Notes under the pieces: model-generated | What the model saw: the letters and a program-made list of their open reading frames with translations, nothing else | Database searches by the model: none | Told to the model about the DNA's origin: nothing | Program-made: the position numbers and the translations under genes | NCBI GenBank assembly: GCA_963826115.1 | Contig: CAWGVS010000005.1 | Coordinates: 1,280,001-1,344,000 of the forward strand | DNA: 64,000 nt | Source: an uncultured Candidatus Rokubacteria bacterium | GTDB taxonomy: Bacteria > Methylomirabilota > Methylomirabilia > Rokubacteriales > DASRDR01 | Reading direction: 5' to 3' | Shown: one piece after another, positions 27,524 through 37,388 of the stretch | Position numbering within the stretch: position 1 is the stretch's first letter | Layout: the number at the start of each line of letters is the position of its first letter

Positions 27524-29617
27524 GTCGGTTGAGGCACTACAGCGCTCAACGTTGCGATGGAGCCATCGGCGAAGTGCGCCGTGAGCACGAACGTCGCCCC
27601 ACCAACGAAGAGCGGAATGGTGGTGTCAGCGGCGAAGACATAGAACGTCTGGCCGTCTGTGACGGGGAACGTCACCGTCCCGTCACTGGCGTTGAGGAGA
27701 GGTCCGTCCAACGTGGCTGCGGCGCCCAGGATCCAGGAAGCCGTGGTTGAGACGTGTCCCACGTCCCAGCCCCGTCGCTCCGGCGCAGCTCCAGCGCAGT
27801 GACCGTGCGGCCCACGCCGAGCGTCGACTGAACCGTGACCGCAAACGTCGCGTCGAGCACACCGTCGGGGCCCACCGTGGTAGCGCTCTGACGCACCTTG
27901 TCGCGCATCTTGCCGAGGTAGCTGAGCGTCATCGCGGGAGGTCGGGCACGACCTTGAAGCCGTCCGAGCGCGTCACGCTCTGGCCGCCGGGGTTGGAAAC
28001 GGTGACGTCCCGAAATCCGAAGGTGGCCGTCGAGGCGATCGTGATGTTCACGGTGAGGTCTGTCGCCGAGTTGACGGTCGTGCTGTTGACCGTGACGCCA
28101 TCGCCAAACGTCGCCGTGGCACCGGACTGGAAGTTAGCTCCGCTGATCGCGACGTTCAGCGTGGCGCCGGTGACGCCGACACCCGGGGTGATGGAGCCGA
28201 TGAACGGGACGCCCGGCGAGAGACTCGCCAGCGCCTGCAGCAGCCGGATCCGTGGCTTGGTGATCGGTACGTCGCCGCGCGTGTCCGTGATCGGGAGTCC
28301 GCTCACCTGGAGCGCCGTCAGGATCTCGTCCACGCTGGCGGTGGGATGCGCCTGCCTGAGAAGGGCGAAGCCACCCGCAACATGCGGCGCGGCCATCGAG
28401 GTGCCATCGAACTCCGCGTAGTCACCGCCGGGAATCGACGAGACGATCGCGCCCCCGGGGGCGAACAGCGAGAGGAAGCTCGCCACGTTGGAGAAGTACG
28501 AGACCTCGTCGTCCTTATCCGTTGATCCGACGCTGACCGCGGACGAGACGCAGGCCGGAATCGAGAGGGCATCAGTCTCGCCGCTGTTGCCCGAGGCCAC
28601 GACGGTCGCGATCCCGACCGAGCGGAGGTTGTCGATGGCCGGCTTGTAGGGCTCCATGTCGCACGGTGACGTGGACGAGCCGCCACCGAGGCTCATGTTC
28701 ACGGCCCCGAACGCATGCGTATTGCGGAGCTCGTAGACGCGCTCAAGCCCGGCGATGACGTCCGAATCCCAGGCGGCCAGGCAGGGCGGAAAGCCGCCAC
28801 AGTCGAGAAACCTGTTGAACTGGGAGAACACCTGGACGGCCATGATCCCTGCGCCTTTGGCCACCCCGGAGAACGGCACGCCGCCGGAGTCTCCATTCCC
28901 CGCGGCGATGCCGGCCACGTGAGTGCCATGCTCGCATCCGAAGAGGACGTCGGGGTCGCAGTTGATGCCGGCGCCCGGCCCGGTCTGCTCCGCCTGACCG
29001 TTCGGGCAGAGGCTGCTGCTGCGGGTCCCGACCGTGCTCGAGTAGCACGCCTCCTCGACGATACGGCCGGCCAGGAACGGATGGCTCGCGTCGACGCCCG
29101 TGTCCACGATCGCTACCACCGTGCCCGTGCCATCGAATCCGACCGACCACATCTGATCGGCCTCGACGAGGGGAACACTCTCCGCCAGGGTCGGGCGCCG
29201 GAGCTTGTCCTGGAACACGCGCGAGACCTGGAGCCCGGAGGCCTCCAGCTCTCGCAGCGCATCCGGCCCCGCCTCGAGGGCCAGGAACGGGACGGAGTCG
29301 TACCGGTGCAGAACGCGATGGCTGCTGGCCTGCAGTCTCGTGAGGAGCTGCGCGCGGGCGGTCGCGATGCCTCGCCGTTGCGCGGCGCGAAGGGCGAGGT
29401 TCGCAAGTCGCCCCTCTGGCACGTGGAGACCGGAAGGGAGACGGAGCTCGACGATCACCCTGGCGACACCGTCGCGCCGAGCGTCGTCGTGGGCGCCCTG
29501 CGGGACGAGACTGCTCGCCGCGGCGGCCGCCTCGGGGGGCTGCGCGGCGGCCGCCAGGCCTACCAGAAGCGCGCACAGTGCGATGAGTGACAGCAGCGAT
29601 CGGTGCCGGCGTCCCAT
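25879..29617 (-). CDS. Secreted S8 (subtilisin-like) serine protease with IPT/Ig-like domain, an extra beta domain and five tandem repeats; frame broken at ~27935, ~27750 and within the repeats
   Basis: AAGGAG RBS and ATG 29617, signal peptide; triad VDTGVD, HGTHVAG, GTSMAAPHVAG; the intact catalytic part runs to 27929. Confidence 0.85.
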
Positions 29618-30142
29618 GGAGAGTCTCCTTCCACGCCCGCGCGTCACGGCTCTCCCGTGACGCGCTGCGCCGCGGCATCGGCCACCTTCCGGTCTCGGAC
29701 CGACCAACCTGGCGAACGCGACGCAATCCCGCTGCCATCGAAGCAATACGGAATGTCGGGGAATATCGGCGTTCCGTGCGACAACCTCGGGCACGTTCGC
29801 GCCGAGGTCGACGGCGTCAGATCCGCGCATCTCGCCACCGAATCTGCTCAATCTGGCGCTGCCGCAAATGGGAAGAGGACCGGCGGAGTTTGTCCACCTG
29901 TCGGGCATTCTTCCCGGGGTGACCGGCCCGAAAAGGAGCCGTTAGTGACGCATCGCGTCGAGAGTGGGCGACCGGGGACTCCCCCGCTAGCCGGCCAGTG
30001 GCCGCTCGCAAGGCGACTGCGGGTTCGGCCTCAGATCGAATCGTGGGTGGGGAGGCGGCGCCGCACATAGCCCCGAAGGAGCGTCAAACCTGCGCGCCGC
30101 GCTCCGCCTGGCTGCAGTCCGGGGATCCGCCGCCTCAATCGC

Positions 30143-31636
30143 TCATTCCGGCGGCCTCGCGCCACGAGTCGCGTAGAGGCGCCACGTGCCGCTAATCGTG
30201 ACCGGCACAATGGGAAACTCCTCGGCGACGCGCCGGTGGAGGTCGGGACCCGCGTTGATGAGCGCGTAGTCGAAGTAGGCGAAGTCCCCGGGCCTGGCCG
30301 ACTCCGGGAACCACTCGAGCCCGGGAGTCCAGGGCCGCCGCTGCGGGAGAGCGTCGACGACGAGGCTCGGTGCGAACTCGGCAAAGGAGAAGTTCAGCCG
30401 GCCACCGTGGACGACCTGCGAGTACGCGAACACCTGCATGAGCGGACGCGTCTTGAGGAGCGGCGTGGATTCAACGTAGTCGAGGCCGATGACCCGCGGC
30501 CGCTCCGGCAAAGCCTCCAGCGCGGCCCGGAGGCCCGCCAGGCTGGTCCGCTCGAACGTGTGCCACACCGCCGCCGTCGTGAGCGTCATGGTGGCCAGGA
30601 AGCCGAGCGCGATGGCGCGCTGGACGAGCGATCGAAGGGGCGGGACCGGCAGGGCCAGAATGCCGAGAGTCATCGCGAACGGCATCCAGCGCTGGGCGAA
30701 GCGAATGGTGTTCGTATGCTGGCGCGGGAGGAACAGGGCAAGCGCCAGGAACAACCCAGCCGCGAGGAGAAGCTCACGGTCCGTGGAACCTCGTCCCCCA
30801 GGACGGCGGGACCAGGCTCCCCAAAGCCCGAAGGCGAGCCAGGCCACGATCCCGCCGAGAATGATGGGCTCGACCGGCCCGGCAAGGGCCCCGAAGGCGG
30901 CGTCCAGGAGCCACTTCGGCGCCAGACGCGCGAGCGGGCTCGGTCCCCATGCGGTTACCGAGCGGAAGCCTCGCTCGTCGAGGTGGGGAAACCAGACGGC
31001 CACCCCGACCAGCACGGGCATCACGCTGCTCAGCCGGAGGGCGAGCGATCCCAAGGGCACGCGAAACACGAGCCCGCTGACGACGAGCCACAGGACGGCC
31101 GCCGCCAGCCACAGGACGTGGCTGGCGTAGAGGAGCACGGCGCACCCGAGGAGCAAGGCGAGGTCCGTCCACGCAACCCGACGCGCCCGCTCGCCCGTCG
31201 TCAGGATCAACCACAGCGCGAAGATCGGCCACGTGAACAGGAAGTTGTAGAAGCCCCAGTACACGACGTGGCTGAAGAAGAGCGTCGACGCCAGCGTGGC
31301 GGCGGCGGGCGAGCGGTCTCGGACGGCCGCCAGATGGTGAGTCGCGCCGACCCAGAGAAGGCCGATCGCGAGCATGGCGATACGTCCGGCGTCCAGGGGC
31401 CCGACGACGGCCCACGCCGCTCCGATGAGCGCGTAGACGAGGGCATACGGCGTGAACCACTGGACCGTGTACGGGCTGTCCAGGTGACCCACCGTCTCCA
31501 GGAGCAATCGGATCTGGGCGACGTGTTGGGGCAGGTCGGTGATGGGAGGGAAGCGGACGATCAGGAAGGGGCACGCGACGAGAATGCACGAGACACCGAG
31601 CATCGCGGCCCGCTCGCCAGTTCCCCGCAGCCTCAC
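30143..31636 (-). CDS. Polytopic membrane protein, putative GT-C-like transferase (start 31636 or 31603)
   Basis: PPITDLPQHVAQI first-loop motif, YWGFYNF, SHVLW and many TM helices. Confidence 0.6.
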   Translation of the reverse strand: MRLRGTGERAAMLGVSCILVACPFLIVRFPPITDLPQHVAQIRLLLETVGHLDSPYTVQWFTPYALVYALIGAAWAVVGPLDAGRIAMLAIGLLWVGATHHLAAVRDRSPAAATLASTLFFSHVVYWGFYNFLFTWPIFALWLILTTGERARRVAWTDLALLLGCAVLLYASHVLWLAAAVLWLVVSGLVFRVPLGSLALRLSSVMPVLVGVAVWFPHLDERGFRSVTAWGPSPLARLAPKWLLDAAFGALAGPVEPIILGGIVAWLAFGLWGAWSRRPGGRGSTDRELLLAAGLFLALALFLPRQHTNTIRFAQRWMPFAMTLGILALPVPPLRSLVQRAIALGFLATMTLTTAAVWHTFERTSLAGLRAALEALPERPRVIGLDYVESTPLLKTRPLMQVFAYSQVVHGGRLNFSFAEFAPSLVVDALPQRRPWTPGLEWFPESARPGDFAYFDYALINAGPDLHRRVAEEFPIVPVTISGTWRLYATRGARPPE

Positions 31637-31641
31637 GGAGG

Positions 31642-32415
31642 TCAGCGCACTCGCGCGTAGCGCTCGACGCGGCGCTCGAGGAGGGCGATCCCCTCGGAGA
31701 CCGCGTAGGCGAACGTGAACACGACGATGACGAGGGCCCAGAACTCCTCGAACAGGAAGTTCTGCGAGTAGGTCTCGAAGAGCTCGCCAACCCCGAGGAT
31801 CGCGATGAGGAGCTGGCCGATGACGACGCCCTTGACGCCGCGGATCGCGCCGAGGCGGACGCCGGTGAGGATCTCCGGGAGCGCCGCGGGCAGGAGGATC
31901 TTCCGGTAGAGGTCGCCGTGCCCCGCCCCGAAGCAGCGGGCCATCTCCACGAGCGACCGGCTCGCCTGGCGGACGCCCACCTCGGTGTCGAGGGCGATGA
32001 CGAACACGGCGAACAGGAAGACGGTCACCACGACCGTCGTCTGACCGATGCCCACCACGGCCATCAGGAGGGGGACCAGGGCCGACACCGGGGCGCTCAC
32101 GAACACGTTCACCCAGACCCGGAGGATCCGCCCGGCGCCCTCGGATCGGGCCATCAGGATCCCCACCGGGATCCCGACGAGGAGGGCGATCGCCATGCCG
32201 AGAGCGAAGGCCCGGAGCGAGGTCGCCGCCGCGTTGGCGAACTTCTGCGACGCGACGACGGTCGTCCCGCTGGCGATCACCCGGCTGAGCGGCGGAAGGA
32301 TCGACACCGCGCCGGACCGGCCGATCGCCTCCCACGCGAGGCACCAGACGACGAGCGCCCCGGCCGTCAGGAGCGGGGAGCGGCCCGCCCGCGTCTCCGG
32401 CGCCTCACCCCACAT
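31642..32415 (-). CDS. ABC permease, nitrate/sulfonate/taurine type
   Basis: LPPLSRV, P.SALVPLL, EMARCFGA EAA loop, LPAALPEILTG. Confidence 0.85.
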   Translation of the reverse strand: MWGEAPETRAGRSPLLTAGALVVWCLAWEAIGRSGAVSILPPLSRVIASGTTVVASQKFANAAATSLRAFALGMAIALLVGIPVGILMARSEGAGRILRVWVNVFVSAPVSALVPLLMAVVGIGQTTVVVTVFLFAVFVIALDTEVGVRQASRSLVEMARCFGAGHGDLYRKILLPAALPEILTGVRLGAIRGVKGVVIGQLLIAILGVGELFETYSQNFLFEEFWALVIVVFTFAYAVSEGIALLERRVERYARVR

Positions 32416-33171
32416 GGCTGCTTCAGCACCTGCCAGATGTCGTCCACCGCGTCGAGGTACCCCTTGTCGCGGCGGATGTCGTCCGCGACTCCGCCGGCCC
32501 CGGTCCACGCTCGGGTGGACGATCCGGTGGACCGAGCCCGGACGGGGCGTCAGCAGCACGATCTGGTCGGACAGGTAGACGGCCTCCTCGATGCTGTGGG
32601 TCACGAAGATGACCGTCTTGCCCCGGTCGCGGAGGAGCACCAGGAGGTCCTCCTGGAACTTCCGGCGGGTCTGCTCGTCCACCGCGGAGAACGGCTCGTC
32701 CATGAGGATGATCCCGGCGTCCACGGCAAGCGCGCGGGCGAGCCCGACGCGCTGCCGCATCCCGCCCGAAAGCTGGTGCGGGTAGCTCTCCTCGAACCCC
32801 GAGAGGCCCACCTCGGCGGTCCAGCGCCGCGCCGTCGCCTCACGCTCCGCGCGCGGGGTCCCGCGAAGCTCCAGACCGAACGCCACGTTCCGGAGGACCG
32901 TCGCCCACGGCAGGAGCGCGAAGTCCTGGAAGACGAAGGCGCGCTCCGGCCCCGGGCCCTCGACGCGCCGTCCCCCGACGCGCACCTCGCCGGCCGAGGG
33001 CGTGACGAGGCCCGCCACCACCTTCAGCAAGGTCGTCTTGCCGCAGCCGCTCGGCCCGAGGAGCGTGGTGAGCTGCCCCCGCGGGAACGTCACCGTGACG
33101 TCCCGGAGCGCCTCCACGCCCGTCGCGTATCGCTTCCCGACGCCGAGGACCTCCACCGCGGGCTCGCTCAC
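32404..33171 (-). CDS. ABC ATP-binding protein, nitrate/sulfonate type (C-terminus shifted by an indel near 32500)
   Basis: GPSGCGKT, VFQDFALLPW, LSGGMRQR, MDEPFSAVD, VTH; likely native tail DDIRRDKGYLDAVDDIWQVLK lies in another frame. Confidence 0.88.
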
Positions 33172-33175
33172 GCCG

Positions 33176-33934
33176 TCAGCCCCGGATGCCCGGCGGGAAG
33201 ATCCGCCGCTCGACGCGCTCGAGCCCGTGCACCGTCAGCGCGCCGAGCGCGATGATCGAGGCGATGGTCGCGAACATCTCCGGGTAGTCGGCCACCGAGG
33301 AGTGGTACGTGATCAGGTCCCCTACCCCGGTCGGGGTGATCAGGAGCTCGGCGATCACGACCCCGATGAACCCCATCGCGACGCCCAGGCGAAGCCCCAC
33401 GAAGATCAGGCCGCCGGCGTGCGGCAGCACGATCTTCCACACCGCCTGCCAGCGCGTCCCCAGGAACGACCGGCACATCTCGAGGAGCGACGGCGACGTG
33501 TTGCGGATGCCCTTGTAGGAGTTCATCGCCACCACCGGCACCGCCAGGACCACGACCGCCAGCACCTTGGCGGTCAGCCCGATGCCGTAGACGTACGTGA
33601 TCATCGGGATGATGGCCGCCATCGGCGCGGCCTGGGCGATGACGAACAGCGGCAGGACCAGCCACTCCGTCGCGCGGCTCAGCCCCATCGCCACGCCGGC
33701 CCCGACCCCCAGCGCCGCCGAGATCGCGACGCCGATCAGGAGCGGCTGCAGGGTCGAGGCGTACGCCCGCGCCAGGGAGCCGTCCATCACCATGCGCCCC
33801 AGCGCGAGCACGGTCCGGCTGAACGGCGGAAAGGCGGGGCTCACGGGCCAGCGCCCCGCCCACTCCCAGATCCCGAAGGCGAGGAGGAACGACGCGCCTA
33901 CCCAGAGGGCTCGGCGCGTCGGGTCCTCCGTCAC
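33176..33934 (-). CDS. ABC permease, nitrate/sulfonate/taurine type
   Basis: FPPFSR, APMAAIIP, LLEMCRSF, GLRLG..IAEL. Confidence 0.88.
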   Translation of the reverse strand: MTEDPTRRALWVGASFLLAFGIWEWAGRWPVSPAFPPFSRTVLALGRMVMDGSLARAYASTLQPLLIGVAISAALGVGAGVAMGLSRATEWLVLPLFVIAQAAPMAAIIPMITYVYGIGLTAKVLAVVVLAVPVVAMNSYKGIRNTSPSLLEMCRSFLGTRWQAVWKIVLPHAGGLIFVGLRLGVAMGFIGVVIAELLITPTGVGDLITYHSSVADYPEMFATIASIIALGALTVHGLERVERRIFPPGIRG

Positions 33935-33941
33935 GACCGAA

Positions 33942-34934
33942 TCACGAGCCGATCTTGGCCAGCGCCGCCTTGAGCACCCCCAGGTGCCAGAACTCCTCGG
34001 CCTTCAGGCCGTCGCCCTTCAGCTGGCCCGCCAGCGTGAAGAACTCGATGTCGGTGGCGGCGGCCTTGGCCGCGCCCCCGTCCGCCGGGAAGATGCCGCC
34101 CTGGACTCCCTCCTGGTAGAAGGGCAGGATCTCCGCCTCCATCTTTTCCGGGAGGTCCTTCAGGAGCCCGAGGCGCTTCCGCTCCTCGACGGCGAACGCC
34201 GGATTCGCGTTGATCGCGCGGGCCGCCTTGAGGAGCTCCTCGACCAGCACCGTCACCGCCGCCTGGTTCTTCTCGAGGAACGCGGTCGTGGCGAACAGCG
34301 CCTCGTCGCTCGCCTTGAGCTCGCCCAGAGGGAGGATCAGGAACTTGTCCGGCGCCTCCTTCATGACGTAGTTCTTGTTGGGCGCGTCGAGGATCGTGGC
34401 CTTGATGGTGCCCTTCAGCAGGGCGAGGGCGCGGACCTGCGAGCCGGGGACGTAGCTGATGCTCTTGTACTTGATCCCGTGCTGCTTGGCAGCGAGCACC
34501 ATGATCGCCTCCGTGCCGGAGCCCCTGGCGTGGACCGCCAGGTCCTGCCCATCCAGATCCTTCCAGGTCTTGTACTGCTCCTTGGCGACGACCGGGAAGA
34601 ACTGGAGCGTCATGAGCTGGTAGAAGAACCGGACGGGCACGGTGACCTTCTGGATGGCCGCGTACGGCGTGCCCTGGCCGACGTCCGCCTGCCCGTTGAT
34701 CACGGCCTGGGTGGCGATCTCCTCGCTCTTGAACGGCGTGATCTCCACCTCGACGCCGCGACCCTTCGCCCGCTCGGCGGCAATCAGGAGCGGCAGGTCG
34801 TCGATCCCGACCACGTCGCCCAGCGCGTAGCGGATCTTCGTCGGCCCCTGGGCCTCCCCGCTCGCGGCCAGGAGGCCGAGCACGACGGCCAGCGTGATGA
34901 CGGCATACGGCAATCGGCGGGTCCCCACTCGCAT
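33942..34934 (-). CDS. ABC substrate-binding protein (NMT1/SsuA-like)
   Basis: GAGGAGG RBS, signal peptide, KTWKDLDG..AVHARGSGT; upstream of matching permeases and ATPase. Confidence 0.8.
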   Translation of the reverse strand: MRVGTRRLPYAVITLAVVLGLLAASGEAQGPTKIRYALGDVVGIDDLPLLIAAERAKGRGVEVEITPFKSEEIATQAVINGQADVGQGTPYAAIQKVTVPVRFFYQLMTLQFFPVVAKEQYKTWKDLDGQDLAVHARGSGTEAIMVLAAKQHGIKYKSISYVPGSQVRALALLKGTIKATILDAPNKNYVMKEAPDKFLILPLGELKASDEALFATTAFLEKNQAAVTVLVEELLKAARAINANPAFAVEERKRLGLLKDLPEKMEAEILPFYQEGVQGGIFPADGGAAKAAATDIEFFTLAGQLKGDGLKAEEFWHLGVLKAALAKIGS

Positions 34935-35014
34935 GGCTTCCTCCTCGTGACGATGTGGATCCGTCGCGCCGCCGCGGTACACGCCTCGCGGCGGCCTTCC
35001 TGAGACCAGGACTC

Positions 35015-35701
35015 CTAGACGACGCGGACCGAGAGCTCCCCCACGCCGTCCACGCCGCCGCGCAGCACGTCCCCGCGCTCCACGGGGCCCACCCCGGCGG
35101 GGGTCCCCGTGAAGACCAGGTCGCCGGGCGCCAGGGTGAAGAGCGTGGACAGGTACGCGATCATCTCGGGGATCTTCCAGATGAGCTGCCCGAGGTTGCC
35201 CAGCTGCCGGACGCTCCCGTTGACCTCCAGCCAGACCGCGCCCTTGCTCGGGTGGCCGATCTCCGAGGCGCGCCGGAGGGCGGAGCAGGGCGCCGAGCCG
35301 TCGAAGGCCTTTCCGGTGTCCCACGGCCGGCCCATCTTCTTCGCCTCGGCCTGGAGATCGCGCCGCGTCATGTCGAGTCCCACGGCGTAGCCGTAGACGA
35401 GGTCGAGGGCGGAGGACGCCGGGACCTCGGAGCCTCCCGAGCCCAGCGCCACGACCAGCTCCAGCTCGTGGTGCACGTCCTGGCTGTGGGACGGATACAC
35501 GAAGTCCGCGCCGTCGGTCACGATCGCGTCCGCGGGCTTCATGAAGAAGAACGGCGGCTCCCGGTCGGGGTCGTGACCCATCTCGCGGGCGTGCTCGACA
35601 TAGTTGCGCCCCACGCAGTAGATCCGGTGGACGGGAAAGCGCCCGTGGGTACCCTCGACGGCGAGCGAGGGGGTCGGCAGGACAGGGATCAGGTACTCCA
35701 T
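35015..35701 (-). CDS. Fumarylacetoacetate hydrolase family (fumarylpyruvate hydrolase-like)
   Basis: IYCVGRNY.EH, FFFMKP, HHELEL, DMTRRDLQ, GKAFD, TGTPAGVG. Confidence 0.92.
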   Translation of the reverse strand: MEYLIPVLPTPSLAVEGTHGRFPVHRIYCVGRNYVEHAREMGHDPDREPPFFFMKPADAIVTDGADFVYPSHSQDVHHELELVVALGSGGSEVPASSALDLVYGYAVGLDMTRRDLQAEAKKMGRPWDTGKAFDGSAPCSALRRASEIGHPSKGAVWLEVNGSVRQLGNLGQLIWKIPEMIAYLSTLFTLAPGDLVFTGTPAGVGPVERGDVLRGGVDGVGELSVRVV

Positions 35702-36007
35702 TCGTTTCCTCCCGGGATTCGCTGGCCGAGATCTCGGCCGCGTTCCCTCTTGAATACCACATCCCGGGGGCGATGCCGAGGGTGTTCCCCGACTCCGCGG
35801 CCCCCGTCCTCCGCGGGACGCCCCCCCACCATGCGTCCACCGCCTGGCTGCCGGGCCTCGGGCCGACCTCAGGGACGCCATTGCCCGCCCCCGCGTCCTC
35901 GCGATAACGTTCCCGTGCATCGGCCAAACAACCGAGCCTGAGGGCATTTCCGGGGGACGGGACGGGAGCGACACCCTCACTGCCGTGAGCCGGAGGGGAG
36001 ACGAGCG

Positions 36008-36544
36008 ATGGCGAGCCTGACGGAGCGGATGCTCGGCGCGGCCAAGCTGGACGCCGCCACATACGAGGAGGTGGAGGCCGACGCGACGGCGACGCGTCAG
36101 GCCTTGCTGGTCGTGGTGCTCGCCAGCGTGGCGGACGGCGTCGGCGCCATCCGGGCGATGGGGGTCGGGGGGCTCGTCCTGGCGGCCCTCGCCTCCCTGC
36201 TCGGCTGGTACGTCTGGGCGATCAGCACGTACGTCGTGGGCACGCGCCTGTTCCCCGGCGCCAAGACCGAGGCGAACGTGGGGCAACTCCTGCGGACCAT
36301 CGGCTTCTCGGCCACCCCGGGCCTGATCCGCGCGCTGGGCATCGTCCCGGCGCTGTACGGGACGGTCTCCGTCGTCGCCTCACTGTGGATGCTCGCGGCG
36401 ATGGTGGTGGCGGTGCGCCAAGCGCTCGACTACGAGTCGACGGGCCGAGCGGCCGCCGTCTGCCTCATCGGGTTCGTGCTGAACTTTGCGTTTCTCTTCG
36501 TCGTGGGCAGGCTGCTGGGCGCCCCGGTCATGGTCGCCCCCTGA
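36008..36544 (+). CDS. YIP1 family membrane protein
   Basis: YEEVEAD..AT.QA, LLRTIGF..PG, AVRQALDY; about five TM helices; GGAGGGGAG RBS. Confidence 0.75.
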   Translation: MASLTERMLGAAKLDAATYEEVEADATATRQALLVVVLASVADGVGAIRAMGVGGLVLAALASLLGWYVWAISTYVVGTRLFPGAKTEANVGQLLRTIGFSATPGLIRALGIVPALYGTVSVVASLWMLAAMVVAVRQALDYESTGRAAAVCLIGFVLNFAFLFVVGRLLGAPVMVAP

Positions 36545-36584
36545 GGGCAGAGCGGCCGAGAAGCACGGATCGCGTCGGCCAGGT

Positions 36585-37379
36585 CTAGGTCCGGCTCCCG
36601 GTTCCCCGCATCGCCTCGAGGAAGTCCGCGATGGTGCGCCGGGCCAAGACTCCGAAGTTCATCGTGATGAGCCGCACGCCGCGCTGGCTCATGGCCCGCG
36701 CCTCGGCCCCCGTCGCCACCGGGTACATCACGACCTTCCCCGCGGCGAGCGTGAGGTCGATCGCGCGGTCGACCAGGCGCCGGACCTCCGGGTGCATCGT
36801 GGCGCCGCCGAAGTACTGGCGGCCGAGGATGAGGGCCATGTCTCCCGCCCCGACGAAGCAGCCGTCGAGCCCGTCGACCTTGAGGATCTCCGGCAGGGCC
36901 TCGACGGCCTGAGGCTCCTCGATGAGCCCGAGACACAGCACCTCGCGGTCGGACTGCTCGAGGTGCTGGGGCGGTGTCTGCGTGAATCCGTAGCCGGCGG
37001 CCCGGCTCGAGCTCGCCGCCCCGCGAATGCCCCGGGGAGGGTACTTGCACGCGCGAACGAAGGCCTCGGTGTCCGCGGCGCTGTTGCAGTGGGGCAGGAT
37101 GAGCCCCTCCACCCCCGCGTCCAGGTAGCGGAGGACGAGCGAGGCCTCGCCGTTCGGCACGCGGGCGAGGGCCGTCGCCCCGCCGGCCTGGGCGGCGCGC
37201 GCCAGGTTGCGCACTCCCTGGGGATCGACGCCGGCATGCTCCCCGTCGGCGATCACGAAGTCGAAGCCTGCCATCGCGCAGAACTCGAAGAGCTCCGGGG
37301 ACCAGAACTCCTGGAACAGCGGGCCAACGCACGTCTGCCCGGCGACGATCTTCTCGCGCAGTCGGTTCGGTCGCGCCAT
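36585..37379 (-). CDS. HpcH/HpaI aldolase/citrate lyase family
   Basis: GFDFVIADGEH, RYLDAG, KYPPRGIRG, LIEE, FVGAGD. Confidence 0.9.
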   Translation of the reverse strand: MARPNRLREKIVAGQTCVGPLFQEFWSPELFEFCAMAGFDFVIADGEHAGVDPQGVRNLARAAQAGGATALARVPNGEASLVLRYLDAGVEGLILPHCNSAADTEAFVRACKYPPRGIRGAASSSRAAGYGFTQTPPQHLEQSDREVLCLGLIEEPQAVEALPEILKVDGLDGCFVGAGDMALILGRQYFGGATMHPEVRRLVDRAIDLTLAAGKVVMYPVATGAEARAMSQRGVRLITMNFGVLARRTIADFLEAMRGTGSRT

Positions 37380-37388
37380 GGGCGCGGC

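Noticed and set aside
29618-30142. c-di-GMP or other riboswitch upstream of the protease
   Set aside because: Could not find the required conserved motif arrangement on the coding strand
31642-33171. Apparent ABC ATPase-permease fusion (509 aa)
   Set aside because: A plausible native ATPase tail (DDIRRDKGYLDAVDDIWQVLK) lies in another frame after a G4 run near 32500, so the fusion is best explained by an indel
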